NCBI GenBank assembly: GCA_963708295.1
Contig: CAVPSJ010000004.1
Location: forward strand, 928,001-992,000
DNA length: 64,000 nt
Direction: 5' to 3'
From: an uncultured delta proteobacterium
GTDB lineage: Bacteria > Desulfobacterota > BSN033 > UBA1163
The translations under genes and the position numbers were made by a program. The notes under the pieces were generated by a model. The model made no database searches, was not told the origin of the DNA, and saw only the letters and a list, made by a program, of their open reading frames with translations. Shown in pieces: positions 9,639-22,235 of the stretch (within the stretch, counting starts at the first letter, position 1; each line of letters opens with the position of its first letter).

Positions 9639-10027
9639 CAGACCCTCCTTCGCTTTGGGGGGCGACATCCGTTGTGGGGGATAGGCGTGACGTCCTTGAT
9701 GAGGTGGACTTTCAAGCCAGCCGCCTGAAGCGAGCGCAGGGCGGATTCCCTTCCAGCTCCCGGACCCTTCACATAGACATCAATCGATCGGACGCCTTGC
9801 TCCATGGCCTTTTTGGCAGCGTCGTCTGCTGCCATTTGCGCGGCAAAGGGGGTGCTTTTCCGAGAGCCCTTGAACCCTTGGGTGCCGGCGCTGGACCAGG
9901 TGATCACATTCCCCTCGGGATCGGTAATGGTGATGATGGTATTGTTGAACGTTGCCTGGATGTGAGCAACCCCAACCTGAATATTCTTTTTGACCTTCTT
10001 TTTCTTGATGGTCTGCCCCTTGGGCAT
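9638..10027 (-). CDS. rpsK: 30S ribosomal protein S11
   Basis: [30 protein letters not shown]; start trimmed. Confidence 0.99.
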   Translation of the reverse strand: MPKGQTIKKKKVKKNIQVGVAHIQATFNNTIITITDPEGNVITWSSAGTQGFKGSRKSTPFAAQMAADDAAKKAMEQGVRSIDVYVKGPGAGRESALRSLQAAGLKVHLIKDVTPIPHNGCRPPKRRRV

Positions 10028-10037
10028 AATCCCTCCT

Positions 10038-10421
10038 TTACTCTTTCTCTTTCTCTTTCTTCTTTCCGATGATGGCCCGGCGCGGTCCTTTTCGAGTCCG
10101 GGCATTGGTGTGGGTCCGTTGACCGTGTACGGGCAGAGATTTCCGATGGCGGAGTCCTCGGTAGGAGCCGATATCCATCAATCGTTTGATGTTGGTGGCA
10201 ACATCCCGCCTCAGATCCCCCTCCACCTTGTATTCCTGCTCAATAATATCTCGGATGCGGACCACCTCTGTTTCAGTGAGCTTGTTCACTTCGGTGTCTT
10301 TGTTGATGTTTAGTTTCTCAAGGATCTTATTCGAGGAGGGCCGTGCAATACCATAGATATAGGTCAAGGCGATCTCTACCCGTTTATCCTTTGGAAGGTC
10401 GACTCCTGCAATACGTGCCAT
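10038..10421 (-). CDS. rpsM: 30S ribosomal protein S13
   Basis: [23 protein letters not shown]. Confidence 0.99.
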   Translation of the reverse strand: MARIAGVDLPKDKRVEIALTYIYGIARPSSNKILEKLNINKDTEVNKLTETEVVRIRDIIEQEYKVEGDLRRDVATNIKRLMDIGSYRGLRHRKSLPVHGQRTHTNARTRKGPRRAIIGKKKEKEKE

Positions 10422-10433
10422 GGTTCACTCCTT

Positions 10434-10523
10434 GTTAGTGTCCGTGTTTAGTGTCAGTGTCACAATTTTATTAACGTCAGGAAAGAGCGTCTTCTTACCG
10501 ACACTATTCACTGACACTGACAC
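10434..10523. repeat. Inverted short-repeat hairpin (GTGTCA/TGACAC units)
   Basis: gtgtttagtgtcagtgtcac ... cactgacactgacac. Confidence 0.7.
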
Positions 10524-10527
10524 CGGT

Positions 10528-10641
10528 TCAGCCTTGTCTCTGTTTATGTTTGGGGTTCTCACAGATCACGCGGATCACCCCTTTTCGTTTCACAATCTTA
10601 CACTTGTCGCAGATTTTTTTGACCGAAGCTCTAACTTTCAC
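10528..10641 (-). CDS. rpmJ: 50S ribosomal protein L36
   Basis: Manual translation [37 protein letters not shown] (GTG start); below the ORF-track cutoff. Confidence 0.98.
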   Translation of the reverse strand: MKVRASVKKICDKCKIVKRKGVIRVICENPKHKQRQG

Positions 10642-10712
10642 CGTTTCTATCCTATTCTTGAAGAGATTGGATTCAAACTTTCAAGTCTCCCCTTTACGAA
10701 AGGGGGGCCTGT

Positions 10713-10931
<219 letters not shown>

Positions 10932-10949
10932 AACGTCCCCGTCCTCCCT

Positions 10950-11603
10950 CTATACGGGCGTCGCGTCTAATAGACGGATGATTTGATCAAAAATTTGATC
11001 GGGACCACCCACCCCCTGAATGGAGCGGAGCCTCTTCTTGCCTCGATAATACTCGATAAGAGGGGCGGTCTGCCTCTCATACTCCTTCAACCGTGTTCGG
11101 ATGGTTTCTTCTTTGTCGTCTGCACGTTGGTAAAGGATTCCCCCGCACCGGTCGCAAACCCCTTCTTTCTTGGGTGGCTGAAAAAGGACGTGAAACATGC
11201 CCCCGCAGTTTTTGCAGGTCCTCCTCCCCGTCAACCGGCGGATCAATTCCTCGGATTCCACTTCAATGTTGATGACATGGTCGATCGTCTTCCCGATTTT
11301 GGTGAGAATCGGCTGGAGCGCCTCGGCCTGCGGAATGGTCCTTGGAAATCCGTCAAGGATAAAACCCGGATGGCAATCCCTTTGCTCCAAGCGCTCCTCC
11401 ACGATTCCGATGACCACTTCATCCGGGACAAGTTGACCTTGATCCATAAATCCCTTTGCCTTCGCTCCCAAAGGAGTGCTCCCCTTCACCGCTGCCCTCA
11501 AGATATCTCCGGTAGAGATCTGAGGGAAGTGATATCTTTCGACGATTCTTTGGGCCTGAGTCCCTTTGCCTGCCCCAGGAGGGCCGAGTAAGATGAGATT
11601 CAT
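10950..11603 (-). CDS. adk: Adenylate kinase with zinc-binding lid
   Basis: GPPGAGKGTQ, LDGFPRT, CxxC...CxxC lid. Confidence 0.99.
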   Translation of the reverse strand: MNLILLGPPGAGKGTQAQRIVERYHFPQISTGDILRAAVKGSTPLGAKAKGFMDQGQLVPDEVVIGIVEERLEQRDCHPGFILDGFPRTIPQAEALQPILTKIGKTIDHVINIEVESEELIRRLTGRRTCKNCGGMFHVLFQPPKKEGVCDRCGGILYQRADDKEETIRTRLKEYERQTAPLIEYYRGKKRLRSIQGVGGPDQIFDQIIRLLDATPV

Positions 11604-11610
11604 CGCGAAT

Positions 11611-12939
11611 TTATCCTCGTCTTCCCTTTAATCTGCCTTTTTTCATCAACCCTTCGTAGTGCCTTGAGAGCATATGGGCTTCAATCTGTTGGACGGTATC
11701 CAGGGCTACGCCAACCACGATCAAGAGCGATGTCCCCCCAAAATAGAAGGAGACTTTGAATTCACTATAAAGTAAGGTGGGCAGCACGCAGATGGCGGAG
11801 ACATAAATCGCGCCCCCGAGAGTGATCCGCGTAAGCACTTTATCAATATATTCAGCGGTTTTCTGTCCAGGACGGATGCCAGGGATATACCCTCCAAATT
11901 TCTTCATGTTATCGGCGACATCATTCGGGTTGAAGGTAACGGCCGTGTAAAAATAGCAAAAGAAGAAGATGAATCCTACATAGAGAAGGTTGTACAGGAG
12001 CGCCTGGGGGCCGAAATTCTTCAGAAGCGAATCAACCCATGGATGGGCGTCCAAGAATGGCTTGGGCAAAAAATTCACAATGGTCAGGGGGAACATCAGT
12101 ATTGAAGAAGCAAAAATCGGAGGGATGACGCCCGACGTGTTCAACTTGAGGGGAAGGTGGGTGCTCTGGCCACCATAAACCCTTCTTCCCACGATCCGCT
12201 TGGCGTATTGGACAGGCAGCCTCCGCTGACCGGTTTCAAAAAAGATAATCACGGCCACCACAAATATCATGAGGACAATCAAAAAAAGGACGGTGATGAT
12301 GCTCATCTGCCCCAGGCGGAAGTACTCGTACGTGCTGGCCACGGCATTGGGCATTCTGGCGACGATTCCTGCGAAGATAATCAGGGAGATCCCGTTCCCG
12401 ATCCCTCGTTCCGTAATCTGTTCGCCCAACCACATGATAAAGGCCGTCCCCGCGGTTAAGGTGATGACCGTCATGATTCGAAAAGACCAGCCTGGAGCCA
12501 TGACCACCATTTCCCCGGCCGCTCCACGCATATTCTCCAACCCGACAGCAATTCCAAAGCCCTGGATCATGCTGAGGACGACGGTTCCATAACGCGTGTA
12601 TTGAACGATCTTTTTTCTGCCCATCTCTCCTTCTTTCTGGAGCTGGGCGAGATAGGGAATGACCACGGTGAGAAGCTGAAGGATGATCGAGGCGCTGATA
12701 TACGGCATAATGCCCAAGGCAAAGACCGAGAGCCTCTCCAGGGCCCCTCCTGAAAACATATCGATGAGGCTGAAGAGTGTCCCTTTGGCCTGGGCAAAGA
12801 AAGAGGCTAATGCATCTCCGTTAATCCCGGGGGTGGGGATATGGACGCCAATACGATAGATCGCCAGAAAGGCAAGGCTCCAAAATATCCTCCTTTTGAG
12901 CTCGGGTATTTTAAAGATGTTCTGAGCCCCTGAAATCAT
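11611..12939 (-). CDS. secY: Preprotein translocase SecY
   Basis: [30 protein letters not shown]. Confidence 0.99.
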   Translation of the reverse strand: MISGAQNIFKIPELKRRIFWSLAFLAIYRIGVHIPTPGINGDALASFFAQAKGTLFSLIDMFSGGALERLSVFALGIMPYISASIILQLLTVVIPYLAQLQKEGEMGRKKIVQYTRYGTVVLSMIQGFGIAVGLENMRGAAGEMVVMAPGWSFRIMTVITLTAGTAFIMWLGEQITERGIGNGISLIIFAGIVARMPNAVASTYEYFRLGQMSIITVLFLIVLMIFVVAVIIFFETGQRRLPVQYAKRIVGRRVYGGQSTHLPLKLNTSGVIPPIFASSILMFPLTIVNFLPKPFLDAHPWVDSLLKNFGPQALLYNLLYVGFIFFFCYFYTAVTFNPNDVADNMKKFGGYIPGIRPGQKTAEYIDKVLTRITLGGAIYVSAICVLPTLLYSEFKVSFYFGGTSLLIVVGVALDTVQQIEAHMLSRHYEGLMKKGRLKGRRG

Positions 12940-13379
12940 GAGCCAATAACCTCCACCTTCCCCGAAACGCCTTCTACTTTCTTAAGTGCGGCCTTGCTGG
13001 CGTGATGGACACGGATGGTCAAAGGATGCTGAAGCTCTCCATCCGAGAGAAGCTTCACCGGTTCTTCCCTTTTTAGAAGGCCGGATTGGACAAGGAGATG
13101 GAGATCCACCACGGTATCCTTCGGGAAGCGATTGAGGTCTCTCACGTGGATGATGGCAAAGTGTTTCTTAAAGGGCGAATGAAAACCCCTTTTCGGAAGC
13201 CGTCGCTGAAGGGGCATCTGCCCTCCCTCAAAGCCCGCTTTGGTTCCCCTGCCGGAACGGGCATTCTGCCCTTTGGATCCCTTGCAGGCTGTTTTGCCAT
13301 GTCCGGACCCAACGCCTCTGCCTACTCGTTTGGGCTTTTTTGTGGCTCCTTTCGGCGGACTCAACTCATCTAATCTCAT
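12936..13379 (-). CDS. rplO: 50S ribosomal protein L15
   Basis: [30 protein letters not shown]. Confidence 0.99.
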   Translation of the reverse strand: MRLDELSPPKGATKKPKRVGRGVGSGHGKTACKGSKGQNARSGRGTKAGFEGGQMPLQRRLPKRGFHSPFKKHFAIIHVRDLNRFPKDTVVDLHLLVQSGLLKREEPVKLLSDGELQHPLTIRVHHASKAALKKVEGVSGKVEVIGS

Positions 13380-13396
13380 TCCTGTTCCCCTTATGA

Positions 13397-13576
13397 TTAT
13401 TTCTTCACTTCTAACAGATGGTTGACACAGTCAATCATCCCCCGAATCTCGGGTCGGTCGGGCAAAGTGAGCGTTTGGTGGAGCCGTTTGAATCCAAGAC
13501 CCCGAAGGGTCTCTCTCTGATCGCGGGTTCTCCCGATCGCACTCCTAACCCACTTGACGGTAATTGTTTTCTCCAT
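13397..13576 (-). CDS. rpmD: 50S ribosomal protein L30
   Basis: Manual translation MEKTITVKWVRSAIGRTRDQRETLRGLGFKRLHQ...IRGMI; canonical position between rpsE and rplO. Confidence 0.95.
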   Translation of the reverse strand: MEKTITVKWVRSAIGRTRDQRETLRGLGFKRLHQTLTLPDRPEIRGMIDCVNHLLEVKK

Positions 13577-13588
13577 AGCGGTCCCCTA

Positions 13589-14089
13589 TTAGTTTTCCGT
13601 CGCCGGCTCGCGTCTCTTATCGATGACCTCTTCAGGAGTCTTTAATTGATTGATTCCTTGGAGGGTGGCTTTGATGAGATTGTACGGGTTGTTCGATCCG
13701 AGAGATTTTGTCAAAATGTTTTGGATCCCTGCAGACTCAGCAATGGCCCTGACGGCTGCACCGGCGATCACCCCCGTTCCTTCGGAGGCTGGCTTGAGCA
13801 TGACTCTTGCTGCTCCAAATCTCCCCAATACCTCAAAGGGGATCGTTTTATTGATGATGGGAACCTTGGTCAAGTTCCTTTTCGCGTGTTCAATCCCTTT
13901 TCGAATGGCCTCCGGGACTTCATTGGCTTTCCCCAGCCCGCTCCCCACGTAGCCGTTTCCATCCCCAACCACCACCAGGGCGCTGAAGCTGAAGCGTCTT
14001 CCTCCCTTGACCACCTTGGCCACTCGGTTGATATGAACCACTCGGTCGGTTAGTTCCAAAGTACTTGGATCAATTTTCGGCAATGTCAT
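13589..14089 (-). CDS. rpsE: 30S ribosomal protein S5
   Basis: [23 protein letters not shown]. Confidence 0.99.
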   Translation of the reverse strand: MTLPKIDPSTLELTDRVVHINRVAKVVKGGRRFSFSALVVVGDGNGYVGSGLGKANEVPEAIRKGIEHAKRNLTKVPIINKTIPFEVLGRFGAARVMLKPASEGTGVIAGAAVRAIAESAGIQNILTKSLGSNNPYNLIKATLQGINQLKTPEEVIDKRREPATEN

Positions 14090-14097
14090 TCCCTCCG

Positions 14098-14460
14098 TTA
14101 AAAGGTCAAACCACTGGCTCTGGCGGCATCGGCTAAGGCCTTAATCCTGCCATGATAAAGATACCCGCTTCGATCAAAAACCACTTTTTGAATCCCCTTT
14201 TCAAGGCACTTCCTGGCAATGAGTTCTCCAACTTTCTTTGCCGCTTCCACATTCCCTGGACTACGAACACTGCTTTTCAGTTCAGAGCTCAGGGTGGAGG
14301 CGCTGGCGAGGGTTTTCCCCGTCGTATCCTCAATGGCTTGAACATAAATATGTTTTAAACTTCGGAAGACATTGAGACGAGGACGGTCAGAAGTTCCGAC
14401 GACACGACTCCTCACTCTCTTTTTCCTTTTCAATCTGGCTAGCTTCTTTCTGTCTTTCAA
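14098..14460 (-). CDS. rplR: 50S ribosomal protein L18
   Basis: [22 protein letters not shown]. Confidence 0.99.
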   Translation of the reverse strand: MKDRKKLARLKRKKRVRSRVVGTSDRPRLNVFRSLKHIYVQAIEDTTGKTLASASTLSSELKSSVRSPGNVEAAKKVGELIARKCLEKGIQKVVFDRSGYLYHGRIKALADAARASGLTF

Positions 14461-14498
14461 GGCGTTCCTCCCCCGTCTAAGCGGGACGGGTTTCTTCT

Positions 14499-15035
14499 CT
14501 AAGCTTTGGTCTTACCGACTTTTTTACGGATTCGTTCACCCTGATATCTCACACCCTTTCCCTTGTAGGGTTCGGGTGGTTTAATCGAACGAAGTTGGGC
14601 GGCAACGACTCCCACCTGTTGTCTGTCAATCCCTTTCACGGCGAGGAGAGTTTGTTTCTCTATTTCCACCTTGATCCCCTTGGGAAGGGGATAGAGGATG
14701 GGATGAGAAAATCCCAGGGTGAGTTTGAGGGTGCTGCCCTGAAGCTCTGCACGGAAACCCACTCCAACGATTTCAAGCTTCTTTTCAAATCCCTTCGTTA
14801 CGCCGGTAACCATGTTTGCGACGAGACTGCGCGTTAGTCCCTGAAGCGCTCTGGAGGTCCTTTGGTCGTTGGCACGGTGAACGAGGATCCTTCCTCCATC
14901 GACGGAAACGGAAATTCCCTGAGGAAGCAAATGGGCGAGGAGACCTTTGGGCCCGGTCACCTCGACCTTTGAGGCATCCGAGGCGACCTTCACTTCCTTC
15001 GGTATGGGTACGGGCATCCTTCCAATACGAGACAT
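14499..15035 (-). CDS. rplF: 50S ribosomal protein L6
   Basis: [16 protein letters not shown]; start trimmed. Confidence 0.99.
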   Translation of the reverse strand: MSRIGRMPVPIPKEVKVASDASKVEVTGPKGLLAHLLPQGISVSVDGGRILVHRANDQRTSRALQGLTRSLVANMVTGVTKGFEKKLEIVGVGFRAELQGSTLKLTLGFSHPILYPLPKGIKVEIEKQTLLAVKGIDRQQVGVVAAQLRSIKPPEPYKGKGVRYQGERIRKKVGKTKA

Positions 15036-15044
15036 GTTATACCT

Positions 15045-15158
15045 CAAGCTCAAATGACAAAGTTCAAATTTCAAATCAAATCCAAAACTCAAATGTCAGA
15101 AATCTTAGTTTTGGGCTTTGACATTCATTTGACATTTGGATTTTGACATTTGAAATTA
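15045..15158. repeat. Inverted short-tandem-repeat hairpin (CAAATGT/ACATTTG-type units)
   Basis: caaatgac..caaatgtca ... tttgacatt repeated. Confidence 0.75.
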
Positions 15159-15165
15159 AGAATTC

Positions 15166-15564
15166 TTACCATATTTGACAAAGAACCTCTCCCCCCACAT
15201 CCGCCTTTCGGGCAGATTTATCCGTCAGGATTCCCTTGGAGGTCGAGAGGATCGAAAGTCCCAACCCGCTCATGACAGAGGGAATGCTATCTTTTCCCAC
15301 GTAGACCCTCCGCCCCGGTTTGCTGATCCGCCGGAGATGGATGACCTCCTTCCGGGCGACATCATACTTGAGAAAGATTCGGATCATCTCGTGTTGTTGA
15401 TCATCTGTGACGACTTTGAAGTTCTTTACAAACCCTTCCTCCTTTAGAATCTTCGCGATCTCTCGTTTCATTTTAGAAGAGGGGACATCCACCTTTTCGA
15501 ATTTCGCTTTAGACCCGTTGCGAATTCGTGTAAACATATCTGCGATTGGATCTGTCATGGACAT
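15166..15564 (-). CDS. rpsH: 30S ribosomal protein S8
   Basis: [23 protein letters not shown]; start trimmed. Confidence 0.99.
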   Translation of the reverse strand: MSMTDPIADMFTRIRNGSKAKFEKVDVPSSKMKREIAKILKEEGFVKNFKVVTDDQQHEMIRIFLKYDVARKEVIHLRRISKPGRRVYVGKDSIPSVMSGLGLSILSTSKGILTDKSARKADVGGEVLCQIW

Positions 15565-15581
15565 ACGAACTCCCACACCTT

Positions 15582-15767
15582 TCACCAGCTGGATTTGATC
15601 ATCCCGGGGATCTCGCCTCGGGAGGCATACTTTCTGAGACAGAGTCGGCACATATCAAATTTCCGGTAATACGCCCTCGCCCTTCCGCAGAGAGGACATC
15701 GATGGTATTCACGGACCTTAAATTTCTGATGTCTTTTTGCCTTATTCATCAAAGAAAGCTTAGCCAA
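15582..15767 (-). CDS. rpsN: 30S ribosomal protein S14, zinc-binding type Z
   Basis: RCPLCGR...CRLC, 61 aa. Confidence 0.98.
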   Translation of the reverse strand: MAKLSLMNKAKRHQKFKVREYHRCPLCGRARAYYRKFDMCRLCLRKYASRGEIPGMIKSSW

Positions 15768-15833
15768 TTGTTCCTCCCGGTCATCTCTTCTCCCCTGCGA
15801 GGACGGTTTGAAACCGTTGTCCCCAAGGGGGAT

Positions 15834-16373
15834 TTAGTTTTTGAAGGGCATTCCCAGCAATTTCAACAATTCCCTTCCTTCTTCATCCGTTTTAGCCGTA
15901 GTCACGATGACAATGTTCATCCCTTTCATCTTGTCAATCTTATCGTAATGAATTTCCGGAAAGATCAGCTGCTCACGAATTCCAAGGGAATAATTTCCCC
16001 TTCCGTCGAAGGATTTTCCGGAGAGACCCTTGAAGTCCCGCACTCTTGGCAGAGCGACATTGACTAAGCGATTGAAAAATTCGTACATCCTTTCTTTCCG
16101 AAGGGTCACCATGCATCCTATCGGCATTCCCGTCCTCAATTTGAACTGAGCGATGGATTTTTTCGCCTTCGTAATGACAGACTTCTGTCCCGTAATCTGA
16201 TTGAGTTCCTGGGTCGCAGAGTCGAGAATCTTCACGTTCTGGATGGCTTCCCCCAGTCCCATGTTGATCACAATCTTCTCCAGCCGGGGAACTTCCATTC
16301 CGTTCTTATAGTTGAACCGCTTGATCAGCGCCGGGACCGCTTTTTCCTGGTAGACCTCTTTGAATTTAGCCAT
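15834..16373 (-). CDS. rplE: 50S ribosomal protein L5
   Basis: [20 protein letters not shown]. Confidence 0.99.
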   Translation of the reverse strand: MAKFKEVYQEKAVPALIKRFNYKNGMEVPRLEKIVINMGLGEAIQNVKILDSATQELNQITGQKSVITKAKKSIAQFKLRTGMPIGCMVTLRKERMYEFFNRLVNVALPRVRDFKGLSGKSFDGRGNYSLGIREQLIFPEIHYDKIDKMKGMNIVIVTTAKTDEEGRELLKLLGMPFKN

Positions 16374-16381
16374 TCGTTCAC

Positions 16382-16711
16382 CTACTTATCCAAGAGTTCG
16401 CCGCATTTTCGACAGAACCGCGCCTTTTTACCGTCTTCCATGACGCGGTGTCCGATTCGAATGGGTTTATTGCATTTCTCGCAAAGAAGCATCACATTGG
16501 AAACATGGAGCGGCGACTCCTTTTCCAGAATCCCTCCCTGCCTCTGTTTCCCGTGGGGGCGGGCATGCCTCTTGACGAAATTAATCTTTTCAATCAGCAC
16601 CTTTGCCTTCTCGGGAAGGACCTTCAAAACCCGACCACTCTTCCCCTTCTCTTTTCCGTTGATGACCATCACGAGGTCATTCTTTTTGATGTGATATTTT
16701 GGAACGATCAT
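16382..16711 (-). CDS. rplX: 50S ribosomal protein L24
   Basis: [19 protein letters not shown]. Confidence 0.98.
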   Translation of the reverse strand: MIVPKYHIKKNDLVMVINGKEKGKSGRVLKVLPEKAKVLIEKINFVKRHARPHGKQRQGGILEKESPLHVSNVMLLCEKCNKPIRIGHRVMEDGKKARFCRKCGELLDK

Positions 16712-16783
16712 TTCAAATCCCTTTTCACCCGCTGACCCGCTTGTCCCCTCGACGGGAGCGGGGACAGGAGAGGCAAACTGTTC

Positions 16784-17152
16784 TTAGAGGACCTCCGGAG
16801 CCAAGGAGATGATTTTCATAAACCTCTTGGCTCGAAGTTCTCGAGCCACCGGACCAAAAATTCGGGTTCCCACAGGATCCCCCTGGGGATTGATGAGGAC
16901 TGCGGAGTTATCATCAAACTTGATGTAAGAACCATCCAGACGTTTCACTTCTTTCCTCGTCCGGACGATGACCGCACGAGCCACATCCCCTTTCCTAATT
17001 TTAGAATTGGGGAGGGCATCTTTGACAGAGACAATAATAATATCTCCCAAGGTGGCGTATTTCCGACGAGTTCCGCCGAGGACCTTAATGCATCCCAATT
17101 TCTTGGCTCCCGAATTATCGGCGACTTCGAGGATACTCCGCATCTGAATCAT
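16784..17152 (-). CDS. rplN: 50S ribosomal protein L14
   Basis: [20 protein letters not shown]. Confidence 0.99.
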   Translation of the reverse strand: MIQMRSILEVADNSGAKKLGCIKVLGGTRRKYATLGDIIIVSVKDALPNSKIRKGDVARAVIVRTRKEVKRLDGSYIKFDDNSAVLINPQGDPVGTRIFGPVARELRAKRFMKIISLAPEVL

Positions 17153-17165
17153 GATCCACTCCCCT

Positions 17166-17246
17166 TTGGAAGGTGGAAAGTGGTAAGGGGTAAGTGGAAA
17201 AGTACTTCTTCAGACGACTTTCCACAATCCACCTTCAACTTTCCAA
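17166..17246. repeat. Inverted short-repeat hairpin (GTGGAAA/TTTCCAC units)
   Basis: tggaaggtggaaagtgg..gtggaaa ... tttccacaatccaccttcaactttcca. Confidence 0.7.
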
Positions 17247-17250
17247 TTGG

Positions 17251-17508
17251 TTAAGCGGCCCGTTCAAGAACTTCCTTGACACGCCACCTTTTCTCTTTGC
17301 TTAGCGGACGGGTCTCGGTCAAAAGGACCTTGTCTCCAATATGGCATTCATTCTTCTCGTCGTGAGCCTTGACCTTCGTCCTCTTTCGAATATATTTCTT
17401 ATAGACAGGATGACGGACGAGGCGATTGACCATGACGACGATCGTCTTGTCCATCTTATCGCTCGCGACCACGCCCGTTAACGTTTTCCGCTTGCCTCTC
17501 TCTTCCAT
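17251..17508 (-). CDS. rpsQ: 30S ribosomal protein S17
   Basis: [21 protein letters not shown]. Confidence 0.99.
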   Translation of the reverse strand: MEERGKRKTLTGVVASDKMDKTIVVMVNRLVRHPVYKKYIRKRTKVKAHDEKNECHIGDKVLLTETRPLSKEKRWRVKEVLERAA

Positions 17509-17513
17509 GGGCT

Positions 17514-17714
17514 TTATCTTCCTTTATCCGGAGTCTTCTCCTTTAAGATCGTCTTCACCCGTGCGAAGTCCCGCTTGACCTGAGGGATTCGCATCACATT
17601 ATCCAGCTGTCCTGTGGCATGCTGAAAGCGAAGATTAAAGAGCTCCTCACCGAGTTCCTTCTCCTTGATAAGCAACTCCCCTTCGCTGAGTTGGCGAAGC
17701 TCCTTGGCTTTCAT
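17514..17714 (-). CDS. rpmC: 50S ribosomal protein L29
   Basis: [14 protein letters not shown]. Confidence 0.98.
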   Translation of the reverse strand: MKAKELRQLSEGELLIKEKELGEELFNLRFQHATGQLDNVMRIPQVKRDFARVKTILKEKTPDKGR

Positions 17715-18127
17715 AAATGGCTCCCCCGCATGATGAATTTTGTATGGAGGGGCAATTTATGAGAGGCGAGAAGGAATGCCTCCTTGGCGCTTTCTTCGGA
17801 AACCCCTTCCATCTCATAAAGAATCCGGCCCGGACGAATTACGGCGACCCAATCTTCGGGAGCACCCTTTCCTTTTCCCATCCGGGTTTCGGCAGGCTTT
17901 TTCGTAATCGGTTTGTCCGGGAAGATCCGAATCCAGATACGGCCGGTTCGCTTGATGAATCGGGTCATGGCAATTCGAGCGGCTTCAATCTGACGGGAAG
18001 TCAACCAACCGCATTCTACCGCCTGCAGTCCGAAGTCGCCAAAGTTAAGGGTATTTCCCCGGGAAGCCACTCCTCTTCTTTTTCCCTTTTGTTGTTTTCG
18101 ATATTTCGTCTTCTTTGGCATCAACAT
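17711..18127 (-). CDS. rplP: 50S ribosomal protein L16
   Basis: [20 protein letters not shown]. Confidence 0.99.
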   Translation of the reverse strand: MLMPKKTKYRKQQKGKRRGVASRGNTLNFGDFGLQAVECGWLTSRQIEAARIAMTRFIKRTGRIWIRIFPDKPITKKPAETRMGKGKGAPEDWVAVIRPGRILYEMEGVSEESAKEAFLLASHKLPLHTKFIMRGSHL

Positions 18128-18145
18128 AATTCAATCACCTAAATA

Positions 18146-18260
18146 AAATTTCAAATGTCAAAAACCAAATATCAAAGGAATGTCAAATGCGTCAATGCAA
18201 AAATATTTTCTGTTTGAAATTTGAGTTTTGACATTGATTTGAACTTTGAAATTTGTCATT
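18146..18260. repeat. Inverted short-tandem-repeat hairpin (AAATGTC/GACATT-type units)
   Basis: Same unit family as 15045-15158. Confidence 0.7.
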
Positions 18261-18265
18261 AGAGA

Positions 18266-18928
18266 TTACGCTGCTTTATCTTCTCCCTCTTTTGTCGGGA
18301 AGACTTCTCCCTTGAAGATCCAGACCTTCACTCCGATGATCCCATAAGTGGTCTTAGCTTGCGCTACGCCGAAGTCGATATCCGCCCGCAGGGTGTGAAG
18401 GGGTACTCGACCCTCCCGATACCATTCTCTCCGGGCCATTTCCGCCCCACCCAATCTTCCTCCACACGCAATCTTGATTCCCTTTGCGCCCAGTTTCAGT
18501 GCGGAAGTGACCGCCTTCTTCATGGCCCTTCGAAATCCAACCCGTCTTTCCAACTGAAGAGCTACGTTTTCAGCCACGAGTTGGGCGTCGATCTCTGCCC
18601 TCTTGACCTCTTGGATATTAATGAAAATCTCTTTTTCGGTCCTCTTTTGGAGCTCCTTCTTCAGGTTTTCCACCTCTGCTCCCTTTTTCCCGATGATGAT
18701 GCCGGGCCGGGCGGTGAAGATGGTGACTTTCGCCTTTTTGGCTTTGCTGGCAGCCCGCTCGATCTCGATCTTGGAGACCCCGGCGTGGTAGAGTTTTTTC
18801 TTGAGATAGTCACGGATTCGGATATCCTCAATGAGGAGTTGGGGATAATCCTTCTCTGCATACCAGCGGGAATCCCAGGACTTAATGATTCCCAGTCGAA
18901 AACTGATCGGATTTACTTTCTGTCCCAA
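18266..18928 (-). CDS. rpsC: 30S ribosomal protein S3
   Basis: (M)[19 protein letters not shown]; TTG start after ggagg. Confidence 0.99.
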   Translation of the reverse strand: MGQKVNPISFRLGIIKSWDSRWYAEKDYPQLLIEDIRIRDYLKKKLYHAGVSKIEIERAASKAKKAKVTIFTARPGIIIGKKGAEVENLKKELQKRTEKEIFINIQEVKRAEIDAQLVAENVALQLERRVGFRRAMKKAVTSALKLGAKGIKIACGGRLGGAEMARREWYREGRVPLHTLRADIDFGVAQAKTTYGIIGVKVWIFKGEVFPTKEGEDKAA

Positions 18929-18944
18929 GGTTCGTCCTCCTGTA

Positions 18945-19283
18945 CTAGCTTCGTCCCTCGTCCAAGACGATCGTAATGTGGCTGGTTCTCTTCCGGATCG
19001 TGGTGGCACGGCCTAAGGCTCTAGGTTGAAAACGTTTCAACGTCGGCCCCTGATCCACCGTAATCTTCTTCACGTAAAGGCGATCGACGTCTATGTTCTT
19101 CTTCTGGGTTGCGTTGGCGATGGCCGATTTTAGCAACTTGATGACGATCCTAGCCGCTGCCTTCTTTGTAAAAGTCAGAATATTTAAAGCCTCTTCCGAC
19201 CTCTTGCCCCGGATCAGATCGGCAACCAGTTGTGCCTTTCTGGGCCCAACCCGAACAAATCTTAATTTTGCTTTCACTTCCAT
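18945..19283 (-). CDS. rplV: 50S ribosomal protein L22
   Basis: [18 protein letters not shown]. Confidence 0.99.
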   Translation of the reverse strand: MEVKAKLRFVRVGPRKAQLVADLIRGKRSEEALNILTFTKKAAARIVIKLLKSAIANATQKKNIDVDRLYVKKITVDQGPTLKRFQPRALGRATTIRKRTSHITIVLDEGRS

Positions 19284-19298
19284 CTCACCCTTCACCCG

Positions 19299-19592
19299 CT
19301 AGGGAGTTGTTTTCCCTTTGACTTTGGTTTTCCGGTCTCCGGAATGGCCGTGGAAGGTTCGGGTGGGGGAGAATTCCCCCAACTTGTGTCCGACCATTTC
19401 CTCGGTCACGAAGACCGGGATAAACTTTTTCCCGTTATGGACCGCAAACGTCAAGCCGACCATTTCAGGGACAACCGTGGATCGCCTCGTCCAGGTCTTG
19501 ATCACTCTCGCTTCCTTCGTCCTCCGGGCCTCCTCCACTTTTTTTATCAAATGGGAATCCACAAAAGGCCCCTTTTTGATTGAACGGGCCAT
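19299..19592 (-). CDS. rpsS: 30S ribosomal protein S19
   Basis: [21 protein letters not shown]. Confidence 0.99.
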   Translation of the reverse strand: MARSIKKGPFVDSHLIKKVEEARRTKEARVIKTWTRRSTVVPEMVGLTFAVHNGKKFIPVFVTEEMVGHKLGEFSPTRTFHGHSGDRKTKVKGKTTP

Positions 19593-20407
19593 CAGTCTCT
19601 CCTCTTCAAAATATATTTATCAGTTCTTTTGTTCTTTCGGGTCTTCCTCTCCAGCACTCCCCACGGCGTACAGGGATGCCTCCCCCCGGAACTCTTTCCC
19701 TCGCCGCCGCCTAAGGGATGGTCGACGGGATTCATAGCGACTCCGCGAACCGTAGGCCTCCATCCCATCCAGCGATTTCTACCCGCTTTTCCCAAGGAGA
19801 TGTTTTCATGTTCAAGATTGCTGACCTGGCCAATGGTGGCATAGCAATCCTGAAGGATCAACCGGACTTCACCCGAGGGAAGTTTGACGTGGGCGTACTT
19901 TCCTTCCTTCGCCATCAGTTGGCCGGAGGCTCCCGCGCTCCGAATGATCTGCCCCCCTTTTCCCACCTTCAGCTCGATGTTGTGAATGAGCGTGCCGGTC
20001 GGAATATTGCGGAGGGGCAGGGCATTCCCGGGCCTGATATCCGCTGCCGCGCTTGCCATCACCTGCTCCCCAACCCGCAGTTGAGAGGGGGCGAGGATGT
20101 ACCGCTTCTCCCCGTCGCTATAGTGAAGCAAAGCAATCCGGGAGGATCGGTTCGGATCGTATTCGATGGAGGCGACCTTCGCCGGGATCTCCCGTTTGTT
20201 CCGTTTGAAGTCAATCACGCGATATTTTCGCTTGTGCCTTCCCCCCCGGTGCCAGGCGGTAACCCTTCCGTAACAGTTTCTCCCTCCCGTCCTTTTCAAC
20301 GGGCGAAGGAGACTTCTTTCCGGCGTCGTCGACGTGATTTCATCAAACTCGGAGATGGTCTGAGACCGTTTTCCGGGAGAGGTGGGTTTGAATTTTTTAA
20401 TAGCCAT
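19592..20407 (-). CDS. rplB: 50S ribosomal protein L2
   Basis: [25 protein letters not shown]. Confidence 0.99.
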   Translation of the reverse strand: MAIKKFKPTSPGKRSQTISEFDEITSTTPERSLLRPLKRTGGRNCYGRVTAWHRGGRHKRKYRVIDFKRNKREIPAKVASIEYDPNRSSRIALLHYSDGEKRYILAPSQLRVGEQVMASAAADIRPGNALPLRNIPTGTLIHNIELKVGKGGQIIRSAGASGQLMAKEGKYAHVKLPSGEVRLILQDCYATIGQVSNLEHENISLGKAGRNRWMGWRPTVRGVAMNPVDHPLGGGEGKSSGGRHPCTPWGVLERKTRKNKRTDKYILKRRD

Positions 20408-20420
20408 CTCTTAACTCCAT

Positions 20421-20575
20421 CAAACTCGAAATTCTAAATCCGAAATCCTAAACAAATCCCAATGACCGAAATCCCAAACGTAAAACGGAAACACTGGCTC
20501 TTACTCTTATTTAGAACATTTGATATTTGAATGTTGAGCATTGTTTCGAAATTCGTGTTTAGGATTTAGAGTTTC
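20421..20575. repeat. Inverted short-tandem-repeat hairpin (CGAAAT/ATTTCG-type units)
   Basis: cgaaattctaaatccgaaatcc ... tttcgaaattcgtgtttaggattt; same family as 6540-6690. Confidence 0.7.
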
Positions 20576-20597
20576 CCCTCGAATCCTTTCGAGGGGC

Positions 20598-20888
20598 TTA
20601 GGCTCCTTCGAAGAAATCGATCCGATCCCCTTCCTTCAGGGTGATGATGGCCTTTTTCCAATCCGGTCTCTTCCCGTATCTTTTCCCCAGCCGTTTTATT
20701 TTGCCCATGACGTTCGAGGTTCTGACCTGGAGGACCTTCACCTTAAAGAGACGTTCGACGGCGGCTTGAATCTCGATCTTGTTCGCATCCCGGTGAACTT
20801 CGAAGACGTATTGACCGCTTTCGTCTTTCTGCCGGGTGCTCTTTTCGGTAATCCAAGGCCTTCGGATAATTTTCTGCGGTTCCTTCAT
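20598..20888 (-). CDS. rplW: 50S ribosomal protein L23
   Basis: [19 protein letters not shown]. Confidence 0.98.
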   Translation of the reverse strand: MKEPQKIIRRPWITEKSTRQKDESGQYVFEVHRDANKIEIQAAVERLFKVKVLQVRTSNVMGKIKRLGKRYGKRPDWKKAIITLKEGDRIDFFEGA

Positions 20889-21508
20889 GATGCGAGTGCC
20901 CCTTCAATCTTTGCAACCGTTGGGCGGAGCAAAATCAAGTGTTCGTGGTTCAGGATATCGTAGGGTTTCAACCCGTCACAACGGAGGACCTCAATTCCAG
21001 GGATATTTCGAGCCGATCGCTCTAAATAAGGATAGCGTTCGTCCGTGACGATGAGGGCGTCTTCAACCTGAAATTTCTTCAGGACTTCAAGAACCTGGCG
21101 GGTCTTGAATCCTGCCAGCGGAAAATCGTGCAGGAGGATCAGTTTCCCTTCCTGATGCTTCAAACTGAGAGCGGCCCTGAGCGCTGCCCTCTTTACTTTC
21201 TTGGGAAGAGAGTAGGAATAGTCCCGCGGCATGGGACCGAAGATTGTCCCTCCCCCTCTCCAGAGAGGAGACCTTCGGGATCCTGCCCGGGCCCTTCCGG
21301 TTCCTTTTTGTCTCCAAGGTTTTGCCCCCCCGCCTCGGACAAGGGCCCTGTTCTTTGTAGCGGCCGTCCCCTTTCTCCGGGAAGCCAGGTCCTTTCGGAT
21401 GGCCTCATGAATAAGCGCAGGACTGACCGTTGCCTCGAAGATCCGGCCATCCAATTCGATGTCGCTCACTTTCTGATTTCCAATGTCATAGACGGCGAAT
21501 GTGGTCAT
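20885..21508 (-). CDS. rplD: 50S ribosomal protein L4
   Basis: [15 protein letters not shown]; start trimmed. Confidence 0.99.
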   Translation of the reverse strand: MTTFAVYDIGNQKVSDIELDGRIFEATVSPALIHEAIRKDLASRRKGTAATKNRALVRGGGAKPWRQKGTGRARAGSRRSPLWRGGGTIFGPMPRDYSYSLPKKVKRAALRAALSLKHQEGKLILLHDFPLAGFKTRQVLEVLKKFQVEDALIVTDERYPYLERSARNIPGIEVLRCDGLKPYDILNHEHLILLRPTVAKIEGALAS

Positions 21509-21521
21509 CCCATTCCCTTTC

Positions 21522-22199
21522 TCAAGCCGATGGGGCAGCTGAAGCTTTCTTCTTCGTCGCACTCTGGACAAGAACCCACCCATTCGGGCTTCCTGGAACG
21601 CCTCCTTTGAGAAGGAGGAGGTTCTGATCCTCTTTGATATCCACAACCTTGATGTTTTGTAACGTGACTCTCCGGTTTCCCATATGCCCTGGCATCCTTA
21701 ACCCTTTGAAGGTATGGTGTGGATAGCTGTTCGAACCGACGGAGCCTCCATGACGGAAATATTCATGAGTTCCATGAGATCCAGGAGACCCGTGAAATTT
21801 ATGGCGTTTGATTACTCCTGCAAACCCTCTCCCTTTGCTGAGGCCGGTCACATCCACTACATCACCGGGCTTGAATAGATTCACGGTCACTTCCTGGCCT
21901 AACTCATACTTTCCTGAATCCTCCACACGGAACTCCTTGACCGTATAAAAAGCTCCTTTTCCTGCTTTCTTAAAATGGCCGGAAAGAGGTTTATTCACCC
22001 TCTGGCTATTCTTCGGAAGGAAACCGAGCTGAAGGGCGTGATAGCCATCCGTCTCCTTGGTTTTCTTCTGAATCACTGAGCAAGGGCCGACTTCGATGAC
22101 AGTCGCCGGCATGACGGAGCCATCTTCGAGGAAGACTTGAGTCATCCCTAATTTTCTCCCGATGATTCCTAGAGTCCTGTTCATTGTTTTCCGTCCCAA
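21522..22199 (-). CDS. rplC: 50S ribosomal protein L3
   Basis: [22 protein letters not shown]; start may be 22184. Confidence 0.99.
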   Translation of the reverse strand: MGRKTMNRTLGIIGRKLGMTQVFLEDGSVMPATVIEVGPCSVIQKKTKETDGYHALQLGFLPKNSQRVNKPLSGHFKKAGKGAFYTVKEFRVEDSGKYELGQEVTVNLFKPGDVVDVTGLSKGRGFAGVIKRHKFHGSPGSHGTHEYFRHGGSVGSNSYPHHTFKGLRMPGHMGNRRVTLQNIKVVDIKEDQNLLLLKGGVPGSPNGWVLVQSATKKKASAAPSA

Positions 22200-22235
22200 A
22201 TCTTTCCTCCCATCGTTCAGGAGGAAACAAAGAAA